64,000 bases of DNA from Bacteriovoracaceae bacterium. Lineage in GTDB: Bacteria; Bdellovibrionota; Bacteriovoracia; Bacteriovoracales; Bacteriovoracaceae. Positions 28,107 to 37,520 of this stretch are shown in pieces (positions within the stretch are counted from its first letter, which is position 1; each line of letters begins with the position of its first letter). The position numbers and the translations under genes are program-made. Below the pieces are notes generated by a model. That model made no database searches and was not told the DNA's origin. It saw only the letters and a list, made by a program, of their open reading frames with translations. The DNA lies in contig JABIHA010000066.1 in NCBI GenBank assembly GCA_018649885.1, forward strand, positions 1-64,000. Reading direction: 5' to 3'.

Positions 28107-29057
28107 TTAGTAATTTGAAATAGCGGCTAACCTCAGCTTCGCCTTGAGTTGTGTGGATTTCTGTTTGGACAAAATTTCAAAGTCAGAAATCTTCACAATT
28201 TCTTTTTCAATTTCATCACCGCTCCAATTCTTTGAAAGTAGCAAGATTTCTTGGTCATACTTTGATAGTTTACCCTTTTTTTTCATATAACTTGGGTCAC
28301 TGAGTTTAATGAAATGAGATCTAAAGAAGGAAAAAACTTGATGGTACTCTTCAAAACTAACTTCATTTTGTACAAGACTCTCGTAAACATTTGCAAATCT
28401 CTTTCTTCCATAAAGAGAAGCTAGCTCAAATTTATCTATTTTCCCTAGGGCAATAAAGGGTTTGACTTGCTCAGATGTTAACTCATTGTGATTAGGATAT
28501 AAAACGGAAAGGTTTTGCAATACACTATAAAATTCTGAACACTGGTGCTCAACATTTTCTAAAATCAGTTTTTGACTTGCATAATCTAATCTCACATTTA
28601 GCTCAGAGCTCATAAAATGAAGGAGCTTTTGCATCTCCCAAAACTTTGGTGCCTCAACTTTTATATGATTTGCTTCTATTTTTTTCCAAACTTCTTTTTT
28701 ATATTTAGCACCAAAAATAAAAAAGATGAGAAATCTATCATCCATTGGTAATTTAGTACTACTTAAGTATTCGATTGCCTGAACAGAGGTTGTCTCACTA
28801 CCAAGAACTAAATAAGACTCGTCCCCACCAAATAAACTTAAACCTAAAAATGTATTTTCAAGCCAATCCGCACTAATATCGGCCCCTACTAACTTGGTTA
28901 ACTTTCCACTAGTAAATGCTGCCCTTTCCAACCGATTTTGGAGAATTCTTCCAAGAAAAATATCCGAGAGATAGAAGACATAAATCCCAGGTTTGCTCTC
29001 TTGAATAAGATACGGGCTTCCTTTTACAAAATCCCAAGGTTTCCAGCTAGAATGCAC
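28107..29057 (-). CDS. holA: DNA polymerase III delta subunit (divergent)
   Basis: Downstream of lptE; LSLFGG motif; size and C-terminal helix fit. Confidence 0.65.
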   Translation of the reverse strand: MHSSWKPWDFVKGSPYLIQESKPGIYVFYLSDIFLGRILQNRLERAAFTSGKLTKLVGADISADWLENTFLGLSLFGGDESYLVLGSETTSVQAIEYLSSTKLPMDDRFLIFFIFGAKYKKEVWKKIEANHIKVEAPKFWEMQKLLHFMSSELNVRLDYASQKLILENVEHQCSEFYSVLQNLSVLYPNHNELTSEQVKPFIALGKIDKFELASLYGRKRFANVYESLVQNEVSFEEYHQVFSFFRSHFIKLSDPSYMKKKGKLSKYDQEILLLSKNWSGDEIEKEIVKISDFEILSKQKSTQLKAKLRLAAISNY

Positions 29058-29727
29058 GTAGAATAAGCTCCTTAAATTTAGTTGCTGCAACTTTTGCCAC
29101 ATCATCAACAGCACGGTTAACTTTCCCTCTATTTTGAGTGAAGTTCACCTCATGCCCTCTTAGGCCATTATCTGAGTCGTTAAATCTTGTTCTCTCAAAG
29201 GTACTAGTCAAATCAAAAGATTCATAAAAAATCACTTTGGGGTGTACCGATACATGCTTGCCTAGAGAGGAAGATAAAACCTCAAGCTCCCCCTTAAGAG
29301 GCTTCTTTACAAGAATCAAAGTCAACTTCAAATTGAGTGTTGATTCTTTGGGAATTAAAAAATCTTGTCTCGCCCCAATTGCACTTTCACCTCCATCGAG
29401 AGCTTTTACAGTAGTGGTGCTTATGGTTTTTATAGTTTGATCCAGCTTATTGGTTGAACCTACAATTCCCAGAAGCACAGCATCGGTTGACTTGTTTATT
29501 CCTGGATAAACGCGAAGCCCTTTGTATTCAGAAAGTAATAAAAATATTTCCTTAGTCATTGGTGAAGAAACAAATGGCAAAGTTGTTTGATTGGTAAACA
29601 TAGGAATTGAAACGGTCCTTATGTCATACCAGATAAAAGGATTGTTTTTCTTTCGCAGACGGTACCCAGAGCAGCTGCTCAAAATTAAGGTGCTGAGTAC
29701 CAAAAATGTGAAAACTTGAAATTTCAT
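29047..29727 (-). CDS. lptE: LPS assembly lipoprotein LptE-like
   Basis: Lipobox SSCSGY, VSIPMFTNQT; lptE-holA order. Confidence 0.7.
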   Translation of the reverse strand: MKFQVFTFLVLSTLILSSCSGYRLRKKNNPFIWYDIRTVSIPMFTNQTTLPFVSSPMTKEIFLLLSEYKGLRVYPGINKSTDAVLLGIVGSTNKLDQTIKTISTTTVKALDGGESAIGARQDFLIPKESTLNLKLTLILVKKPLKGELEVLSSSLGKHVSVHPKVIFYESFDLTSTFERTRFNDSDNGLRGHEVNFTQNRGKVNRAVDDVAKVAATKFKELILRAF

Positions 29728-29781
29728 GCCGACTACTATATCCCTAGTACCAACAAAAGTCCTCAGAGTTTAGGTAGCGAT

Positions 29782-30300
29782 TTGGTAAAAAAATTTAAAA
29801 AAATGTCTGAATTTCTTCCCTCTGACGATCTGAGTAAAGATCGCTCACACTCCCCAAAACAGGCAGAAGGCACTGATTTTATTTCCCTTATTAGGAAATG
29901 GAAAGTCGTTGTGGGAGAGCATATGGCAAAAAATACAATGCCTCTTCGCATAAGAAGCCAATCCTTATACATCGCAGTGAAAAATGCCTCATATTCTCAC
30001 CAACTCTCTTTTCTAGAAAGCACTATAATTGATAAAATAAAACTTCACTCTCCTGCAGTTGGTAGAAAATTTAAAAATATAAAATTTGTAACAACTACTG
30101 CCCCCTTTGAGCTACTTAAGAAAAAAGAGGAGGTAACTTCAAAGGAAAAACTGACCTTTCATAAATATGATCCGCAATTTAGACAGGCAAAAAAAGACTT
30201 TAAAGAAAAAGTTCAAGACTTTGAGGATGAAGACTTACTAGATCTTCTGGCTTCTATCTCCATGCAGGCCAGTGAGAAGAACGATGGAAGACCTACTTAA
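29782..30300 (+). CDS. DciA/DUF721 family protein
   Basis: WKVVVGEHMAKNTMP..LYIAV..QLSF. Confidence 0.75.
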   Translation: MVKKFKKMSEFLPSDDLSKDRSHSPKQAEGTDFISLIRKWKVVVGEHMAKNTMPLRIRSQSLYIAVKNASYSHQLSFLESTIIDKIKLHSPAVGRKFKNIKFVTTTAPFELLKKKEEVTSKEKLTFHKYDPQFRQAKKDFKEKVQDFEDEDLLDLLASISMQASEKNDGRPT

Positions 30301-30840
30301 TTTTTTTAGAATCTCTACTTTAAAATTGTTTTTTTTCTCCCCAAGATGTTTCAATAAATTATCTGTGAGTAAAATCAAGCAGCGACCTTCATCATCCAGT
30401 TTACTTTCAATAAAATTAAAGAGATCAAATGCATCTTCAAGCGCTATTGACCTGCAAAGAGACTTAGATTGATTCGGAGAAACTCTAGACTCCTCACTTA
30501 TATAATATGGTGGATTGCACACTATTAAATCATAACGATGATAGTTTTCATTTTCTAGAGTTTCTTTAAAGTCTATATTGTATATTTTGGACTTCCAAGA
30601 TTTCCCTAACATTTTTTTGGTATTTTCTTCTAAGTGAGAAATAAAGGCTTCTTGCATTTCTAAAAAGTGAATCTCTCCTGAGCAATTTAATCTTTTGATA
30701 AGCTCAAGGCCAACAATCCCACAGCCACTCATTAAATCAAGGACTTTAACCCCATCATGATAACTAAGTGCTGAAGCTGCACTTGCTAGCAAGATGGAGT
30801 CTTCAGAAAATGTATAAAAATTAGGCTGAGAATACTTCAA
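30238..30840 (-). CDS. SAM-dependent methyltransferase (TrmN6/YfiC-like)
   Basis: FSEDSILLA, LDLMSGCG and CNPPY motifs. Confidence 0.82.
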   Translation of the reverse strand: MKYSQPNFYTFSEDSILLASAASALSYHDGVKVLDLMSGCGIVGLELIKRLNCSGEIHFLEMQEAFISHLEENTKKMLGKSWKSKIYNIDFKETLENENYHRYDLIVCNPPYYISEESRVSPNQSKSLCRSIALEDAFDLFNFIESKLDDEGRCLILLTDNLLKHLGEKKNNFKVEILKKLSRSSIVLLTGLHGDRSQKI

Positions 30841-31417
30841 GGCTCTTTTTTACCTCATCGACCTTGGCACCTTGACGCAAAAACTCAAAGTCACCATTTT
30901 CATTATAAATAACGATAGTAGACACACTACCACTCAAACACTTTTCTCCCGCAGGCCCTATGAAAATGCCATTTTGAACATGGTGATCAAAAAATTCTTT
31001 TGCACTTTCAGTGGAGGTAATGGGGGGATCTCCTGAAAAATTTAAGCTGGTAGATACCATTGGACCACCGATTTGAGTACATATCTCCTTACACCATGGA
31101 TAATCAAGCAACCGAATGGAGACATAATCTGAACCACATAGAACAGACTCAGAAATAGCTGAAGAATCAATAAATTTCCGAGAAAGACAAAGAGATGTTT
31201 CAAGCCTGAAAAAAGAGGACAACCAACTTTTCGAAAAAATAGAGGGCAAATTAATATTCTTTTCTAGTAATTCAAAATCTGAAAATAAAATAGACATGGG
31301 TTTTGAGGCTGATGATTTTTTAATAAGATGAACTTCTTTAATCAGCTCAGCATTACCAGCATCACACCCTATTCCCCAAACAGTATCTGTAGGATAAACA
31401 ATTAATTGGTTTTTCAT
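30821..31417 (-). CDS. tsaC: L-threonylcarbamoyladenylate synthase (YrdC/Sua5)
   Basis: YPTDTVWGIGC, STSLNFSG and LRQGA motifs. Confidence 0.88.
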   Translation of the reverse strand: MKNQLIVYPTDTVWGIGCDAGNAELIKEVHLIKKSSASKPMSILFSDFELLEKNINLPSIFSKSWLSSFFRLETSLCLSRKFIDSSAISESVLCGSDYVSIRLLDYPWCKEICTQIGGPMVSTSLNFSGDPPITSTESAKEFFDHHVQNGIFIGPAGEKCLSGSVSTIVIYNENGDFEFLRQGAKVDEVKKSLEVFSA

Positions 31418-32586
31418 AACTCCGGCTTTATTAGTACCCAATAAATCAATTCTGGGTCACTATCGCCAAGGCGGGCCAAATTGTAAAGGCTATATTCGAT
31501 GGCCTCTCCCCTTTGTAACATTTCCCGGTAAAACTCTCGTTTTAGAACAGGTAGTGGTCTCTTTAAGCTAGTATGGTTTGCTGACAAGGCCTGTTTAAAA
31601 AATGGTACTTCTAAAGCGCGAAAAAAGAGATCACGATCATGATTTTTTTTAGATTTTGATAATTCTATCATTTTTTCAATAAGCAACTTTCTAATAGTGT
31701 CATTTTCAGGGTACCAACTTGTTAATAATTTCATATAAACATTTGGATACTGATTAATATTAATTGGATGGTATGAAGCCCTTAGATAATCTGTCCATTC
31801 CTTAAATGTTGTTCTTCTATAAAGTTGGGGAGACCAAATATTTGGATACCTGAGTCCGTAATGCACTCCTTTTATATTCTCCCTAATTTCAGAAAGACTC
31901 CACGTTTGTTTTATTTTCTCAGACACTTCGGGGTAATTCCAAAGGACTTTACCAAGTTTGTATTTAAAAATCTTGAGAAGTGTTAAGTTGTGAAATCCAC
32001 TACCATCAATTCTTTCAATGGCCCCTAATAAACTGCTACTTGTGGCCAAGACTTGAGCTTTTGTAAAATATTCTCTCGGTGAATCAAAAATTAATTGATA
32101 GTCATCAAGAAGAATGAACTCATGGATTAGTTTTTCAACTTTCATGTAATTATCATGAGCACTATAATAAAAGACTCTTCCCAGAATTGATAAAAAAGAT
32201 CTAGGGTATTTGGAAAAAACTGCTAAGTTTTTTCTAGAAGATTCCTTTACCTGATCATTTTTTGTTGAATCTAATATATCGATATAAGCATCTGCCAATT
32301 CACTGCCTTGTTTTTTGATCTTCGAAATTTTTTTTAATTTTTTGTATAGTTGAGATTTATTTTTCAGTAACTGAGGAGCGTTGTAAAATAAAAATGGCTT
32401 GAGGGATTTTTTACAACCTTCAAATACCTTTTCCCTCTCCTGCTTACTACCCTTAAAATACAAATAGGATAGTTGAATAAATAGTGGAAGCTCACTATCA
32501 CAATCTTCTATTTTCACCAATTTCACATCAAAGTTTAAACCAAATAATGTGATTTTCGGGTCAATTGTGTTTTTCTGTGAAATCAA
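31414..32586 (-). CDS. Hypothetical helical protein; probable C-terminal part of a frameshift fusion with 32598-33350
   Basis: Only a TTG start with no clear RBS; frame stays open upstream to the A9 run at 32610-32618. Confidence 0.7.
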   Translation of the reverse strand: MISQKNTIDPKITLFGLNFDVKLVKIEDCDSELPLFIQLSYLYFKGSKQEREKVFEGCKKSLKPFLFYNAPQLLKNKSQLYKKLKKISKIKKQGSELADAYIDILDSTKNDQVKESSRKNLAVFSKYPRSFLSILGRVFYYSAHDNYMKVEKLIHEFILLDDYQLIFDSPREYFTKAQVLATSSSLLGAIERIDGSGFHNLTLLKIFKYKLGKVLWNYPEVSEKIKQTWSLSEIRENIKGVHYGLRYPNIWSPQLYRRTTFKEWTDYLRASYHPININQYPNVYMKLLTSWYPENDTIRKLLIEKMIELSKSKKNHDRDLFFRALEVPFFKQALSANHTSLKRPLPVLKREFYREMLQRGEAIEYSLYNLARLGDSDPELIYWVLIKPEL

Positions 32587-32597
32587 GTTTGGAAGAT

Positions 32598-33350
32598 CTA
32601 GAGGATCACTTTTTTTTTAGGATTTGTCATAAAGCTTGGGTCAGATGCCATTGCAGTACTAACAACGGTAAAAAATTTGACATTTTTCATGAACTTTTGA
32701 ACAAGGCCTAGACGGTACACAAGAAACCCAGCAGTCAAAATAGCAAATAAAACCATTAATAATTTTTTAATATGAGACTTTCCAGCTGGACTCGCCTGAG
32801 CATCTTCTTTGTACCCTAATTCGCTAGAATGTTCTTCAAGACCATTTCCAATTTCTTCGGCGTCAACACTTCTTTCTTCACCTGGCTGATCTTCAACAAT
32901 GCGTAGAGGGTTGTCATCGCTGAAGCTTTCTTCTACGGAAGCCATTTCTGGAGCTGGCGGTTCTTCCTCAAAGGGCTGGTCTCCTCCAAGGCTTACAATG
33001 CTTGAAACACCAATTTCAGGTTCTGGAAGTGGATTCTCTGCTGAACCACCTTGATCATTTTCTCCAAAATTCTGATCACCTATTTCATTTATATTTATTA
33101 CAGCTGTTTGATCTTTTTTTAATGTTAGAACATTTTTAGCTTCAGATAGAGGGTTGAAACACTGCTTCTCATCTCCAAAAACATATTTATCTACTAAGTC
33201 TTTTTCATTTAAATTAAACCAGTACCCATTTCCAGAGCAAATCTCATCTTGAGGTTTTATTGCACCCGTCTCAATTAATTCTACTATTTTACTCTTTGAG
33301 ACAGGTCCCAATAGGTGATTATTTTTTGTTCTTATCAACCATCTACTCAT
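32598..33350 (-). CDS. GYF-like domain, acidic linker and TM helix protein
   Basis: WLIRTKNNHLLGPVSKSKIVELI..DEI; TM LLMVLFAILTAGFLVY. Confidence 0.78.
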   Translation of the reverse strand: MSRWLIRTKNNHLLGPVSKSKIVELIETGAIKPQDEICSGNGYWFNLNEKDLVDKYVFGDEKQCFNPLSEAKNVLTLKKDQTAVININEIGDQNFGENDQGGSAENPLPEPEIGVSSIVSLGGDQPFEEEPPAPEMASVEESFSDDNPLRIVEDQPGEERSVDAEEIGNGLEEHSSELGYKEDAQASPAGKSHIKKLLMVLFAILTAGFLVYRLGLVQKFMKNVKFFTVVSTAMASDPSFMTNPKKKVIL

Positions 33351-33357
33351 AACTAAT

Positions 33358-34755
33358 CTAAAAGAAAAATCCTATTAGTCCCTTTAAGTCTTCATCTGTA
33401 AATCGAAGACCAGCTCCGATTGTCATACTTTGCTGTTGAACCTTTGAAACCAAATCTTCAAAGGCCAATCTGCCGTAGAATATATTCCATATTTCTATTT
33501 CTGATAAAAGTCTTAAGTTAGGTCCAAATTCCCTTGAGTAATCAAATGCCTCAAATGAAAACTTCGCTCCCCAACTAGTAAGATAGTAATCAATCCCGAC
33601 ACCGCCACTTGATTCAAATAGACCTGCACGTAAACCGAAATCATGTATTCTTCTTCCTATTTGAACATTGAATTTAAAACTATTTTTATCCTTCTCCTGT
33701 CTAAGAAGAACAGTTTCACTTCCACCGTCTGACCTATTTGTGGTAGTAATCAAACGCTCTTTTTCAGGACCAAACTCAGAAGTTACAATACCAAGTTTGT
33801 AGAATCTCTCAGGCGCAGGGAAAAGATTAAGGTTTATGCCTGTTTGTCCATCAGTCTCAGTATTAACACCACTGTAAAGAGATAACTCAGTCCTAATGAT
33901 ATTAACCTTATTAACAAGCTTGTTAACACCTGAGAGTGTTTCAGACACTTGATCTATGACTTCCTCATCCCTTAATAGCTTGCCGACAGTTCCCTTGCCT
34001 GCTTTTAAATCAGCTAGAATTGTTTTTAAGTCAGCAGTTGCACTATTAACATTGTCTAATATCGGGCCAACTTTTTTGAAGTCTGTAATAAGAGATCCAC
34101 TTTCATTTGGATCAAGTTGAAAGGCCAATGAAGCCATCATTTTATCAAGATTTCTAATCGCATTAGCTAATCTTTGTTCATTATCGGTAATTATTCTTTT
34201 TGCACTTCCTGTAACATCTTTAATATTGTCTGTAATATCTTGAAGGTTTTTAACAATTTTCTTAATCGGACTTTCTCCATGGGAAGGAGTAAGTGTATCT
34301 TTGATACTACCCATTATGGCCTTAAGATCGGCCATAATCTCTGAAGCATCTTTAGTTAAATCTTCAAGACCTCCGGCCATTTGAGCCGGTATTAACTCAT
34401 TTTCAGCCAGTCTACCATCAGCCTGATCTCCGACGTAAATATCAATATATTTATCTCCAAGAAAACCAATTGTCTTTATTCTCAATATAGATGATTTAGT
34501 GATTTTTATTGAATTGAGAACCTCAAAAGTTATAAGGGCTTGATGTCCAAGGAGCTCGATTTTATGAATTCTTCCGGCGTTAATTCCTGCAACCTTAATA
34601 GGAGTTTTAGGAAAGATGCCAGCAGCATCTGTAATAATGGTTCTGTATTTTGTATAATCTCCAAAACCAGACTGATTACTAGTTATTTTAAGAGACATGA
34701 AAACGCCCATGGCTATAGCTACTATTGCCAAAAGGCCCACTTTAAATTCGCTCAA
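33358..34755 (-). CDS. mlaD: MCE/MlaD family protein, long form
   Basis: EFKVGLL TM, IKVAGINAGRI, GFLGDKYIDI; GTVGKLL. Confidence 0.88.
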   Translation of the reverse strand: MSEFKVGLLAIVAIAMGVFMSLKITSNQSGFGDYTKYRTIITDAAGIFPKTPIKVAGINAGRIHKIELLGHQALITFEVLNSIKITKSSILRIKTIGFLGDKYIDIYVGDQADGRLAENELIPAQMAGGLEDLTKDASEIMADLKAIMGSIKDTLTPSHGESPIKKIVKNLQDITDNIKDVTGSAKRIITDNEQRLANAIRNLDKMMASLAFQLDPNESGSLITDFKKVGPILDNVNSATADLKTILADLKAGKGTVGKLLRDEEVIDQVSETLSGVNKLVNKVNIIRTELSLYSGVNTETDGQTGINLNLFPAPERFYKLGIVTSEFGPEKERLITTTNRSDGGSETVLLRQEKDKNSFKFNVQIGRRIHDFGLRAGLFESSGGVGIDYYLTSWGAKFSFEAFDYSREFGPNLRLLSEIEIWNIFYGRLAFEDLVSKVQQQSMTIGAGLRFTDEDLKGLIGFFF

Positions 34756-34770
34756 AGAATCTTCTCCATC

Positions 34771-35511
34771 CTAGAGTTCTAAAAACCTTCTTACGAGAGG
34801 TTCTTTTGATTCTAAAAATTCATCAACAGGGCGATGTTCAATAATTTTACCATGATCGAGAAAAGCCACATAGTCTGAAATTTTTAAGGTGGCTTTTACA
34901 TCGTGTGAGATAATAATTGATGTTAATCCTATATCTTTATGTGCATCTGTTGTGTCTTTAATTAACTCGTTGACCATATTAGTCGTAATTGGATCTAGGC
35001 CAGTAGTGGGCTCATCATATAACATGATTTTTGGACTCAATGCTAAGGCCCTAGCAAGCCCTACTCTTTTTCTCATACCACCAGATAATTCCGAAGGAAG
35101 TTTATGGTAGGAAATTTCTTCCAGTCCCACAGACTTCAACAATTTAAAACCCTTATCTTTAATCTCGGCCTCATTTAGTTTTGTAAATTCTCTTAGTGGA
35201 AATGCTACATTTTCAAATGATGTCATAGAGTCAAAAAGAGCTGCATACTGAAAAAGCATACCAAAATTTCGTCTGAATTCACGAAGACCAACTCGGTTAA
35301 GAGTACTCAAATCAGTATCAAGAACTCTTAGCATTCCACTTGTGGGCTTAAGTAGCCCCAGGATGTGTTTCATAAGAGTCGATTTACCAGCACCTGAAAA
35401 ACCCAATATTGTGGTTATCTTTCCACGTACAATATTAAAATTTAAATTGTCTAAAACAGTGTGTTCACCAAATCTCTTCGTTAAATTAATTACTTCAACT
35501 GCATTTTCCAA
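34771..35511 (-). CDS. mlaF: ABC transporter ATPase MlaF/Mkl
   Basis: GFSGAGKS, LFQYAALFDS, LSGGMRKR and YDEPTTGLDP motifs. Confidence 0.92.
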   Translation of the reverse strand: MENAVEVINLTKRFGEHTVLDNLNFNIVRGKITTILGFSGAGKSTLMKHILGLLKPTSGMLRVLDTDLSTLNRVGLREFRRNFGMLFQYAALFDSMTSFENVAFPLREFTKLNEAEIKDKGFKLLKSVGLEEISYHKLPSELSGGMRKRVGLARALALSPKIMLYDEPTTGLDPITTNMVNELIKDTTDAHKDIGLTSIIISHDVKATLKISDYVAFLDHGKIIEHRPVDEFLESKEPLVRRFLEL

Positions 35512-35520
35512 TTCTATTCC

Positions 35521-36339
35521 TTATAAAATATGCACTAAAAAACTAGTCAAAAAGAAATCCACAACTAGAACAGTTATCATTCCCCAGACAACTGCTAAGT
35601 TTGTACCTTTTCCGACTCCTTCTGCACCACCAGAGACCGAAAAACCATGATAAGTACCAATACAAGCGATAATAAATCCAAAAAAGAATGCCTTGATTAT
35701 TCCTTGGAAAAAATCTTCAAGAAACATAAGCTGGGATAACTTTGAAAAATACATAACCTCGTCTATACCTAATACTTTTGTGCCAATAAGATAAGATCCA
35801 AGGTTTCCAACAAAGCCATGAATAATTGTTAATATCGGAAGTGCAATTGTCCCAGCAAGAATTCTTGGAACTGCAAGATACTGGTTAGCATCTACTCCCA
35901 TGACTTCAAGAGCATCAATCTGCTCAGTCACTTTCATCGTTCCTATTTGAGCTGCCATTGCAGCTCCTGCCCTTCCGGCGACAATTAAGCCTGTTAAAAC
36001 GGGAGATAGCTCTCTAGCAAGCGACATAGAAACAATAGGTCCTACAAAAGTATCCATGGAAATAAGTTTCGAGCCATAATACATCTGATAGGCCATCACC
36101 ATTCCAGTAAATGCACCTGTCAGGCAAACAATGAATACACTTTTATTTCCAATGAAAAAAAGTTGATCAAAACCTAATTTCACTCTGAATGGAGGTTTTA
36201 CACTCCAATAGAAAAATTTAATTGTAAATAATGCAAAATCGCCAAGGCCTTTAATATCATCAATTACAAACGATCCAAAACTTTGAACAATCTTTTTTAA
36301 AAAATTTGGTTTCCGTGCACTGGCGATACTTTGTTCCAT
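35521..36339 (-). CDS. mlaE: ABC permease MlaE
   Basis: RELSPVLTG..AGRAG..QIGTMKVTEQIDAL. Confidence 0.93.
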   Translation of the reverse strand: MEQSIASARKPNFLKKIVQSFGSFVIDDIKGLGDFALFTIKFFYWSVKPPFRVKLGFDQLFFIGNKSVFIVCLTGAFTGMVMAYQMYYGSKLISMDTFVGPIVSMSLARELSPVLTGLIVAGRAGAAMAAQIGTMKVTEQIDALEVMGVDANQYLAVPRILAGTIALPILTIIHGFVGNLGSYLIGTKVLGIDEVMYFSKLSQLMFLEDFFQGIIKAFFFGFIIACIGTYHGFSVSGGAEGVGKGTNLAVVWGMITVLVVDFFLTSFLVHIL

Positions 36340-36374
36340 AAAGTATATATTATACCAATTAAGTGAAAAAATGT

Positions 36375-37520
36375 TTATGTAATGCACCTCTGGCCTGAGT
36401 AGACACGTGGGACTCTTACACTTACTTGACAAAAGAGCTCGTAGGGAATTGTTTTGAGATGCTTACAAAGCTCTCCCACTTGGGACGACGAATGATCCCA
36501 AACACTAATTTCATCTCCAACTCTTAATTTTTTTTCCATAGATGGTGGAAAAAGAACTTGGGCCATATCCATATTAACCCGTCCAATGATCTGCCCACTA
36601 TCTCCGTGATGAGAGATTTTTGCTCCACTATAATAAGTGGAAAGCCCATCACCATAACCAAGTGCGATTATTGCAAGTTGCCCATCTCTTGGACATGGAT
36701 TCGCTCCATACCCGATAGGAGTTCCTTTTTTAACTGCTCTAAGTCCAATTATCTTTGTCTTTAATGATGAGATGATCTTTCCATCCCAAGGATTACTCAC
36801 AGTGACATTTTCCATGGTGCTCTTAGGTCCATACATCATAAGCCCAGGACGTACATGAGACTCCTCGAGTCCAATTCCTTGCTCTATGGCAGCTGAATTT
36901 GAAATTGAAGTTCTCTCCACAGAGATTAACTTACTTTTAAAGTAATCTTTTATGATATTAAAATTTTCTAATTGTCTTGAAGTAGTACCATTTTCTTTAA
37001 ACTTCAAATTAGCGCACCCCAGGTGGGTCATCAAATGATGAATAGAGCTTCTTGATGAAAGCCGTATTAGTTTAAATACTTCTTCGAGATCAGTTACACT
37101 AAATCCGATTCTATTCATTCCTGTATTGAATTTCAAAACCAGTGGGAGACTTTTAAATATTGGAGTTTCTAAAAAAATCTTTAAATCAATTAAATTGCTA
37201 ATAACTGGAATGATTTTTCTTTGAGCATAGAGTTCAGCATGCCTCGAGATCCCCAGATTTAAGTCGGAGAAAACGTAGAGGTTAAAATCAGTGGATTTAA
37301 TTTCAGATCTTAAAAGGTTGGCCTCACCAAGGCTTGCAAGTCCAAAATTTCTTACTCCCAATTCACTATGTGAAAAGCTAGTAATTGGCACAATACCATG
37401 GCCATAGGCATTTGCTTTAACCATGAAAATCAATTCACTCGAGCTACACCTTGATTTTACTTTTGTAAGATTTTCTCTCAAGAAATCAAAATTTACATGA
37501 AGCTTACTTTCATACCTCAT
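36375..37520 (-). CDS. alr: Alanine racemase
   Basis: MVKANAYGHG, NTGMNRIG, VRPGLMMYG, GYGDG and TIPYE motifs. Confidence 0.92.
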   Translation of the reverse strand: MRYESKLHVNFDFLRENLTKVKSRCSSSELIFMVKANAYGHGIVPITSFSHSELGVRNFGLASLGEANLLRSEIKSTDFNLYVFSDLNLGISRHAELYAQRKIIPVISNLIDLKIFLETPIFKSLPLVLKFNTGMNRIGFSVTDLEEVFKLIRLSSRSSIHHLMTHLGCANLKFKENGTTSRQLENFNIIKDYFKSKLISVERTSISNSAAIEQGIGLEESHVRPGLMMYGPKSTMENVTVSNPWDGKIISSLKTKIIGLRAVKKGTPIGYGANPCPRDGQLAIIALGYGDGLSTYYSGAKISHHGDSGQIIGRVNMDMAQVLFPPSMEKKLRVGDEISVWDHSSSQVGELCKHLKTIPYELFCQVSVRVPRVYSGQRCIT

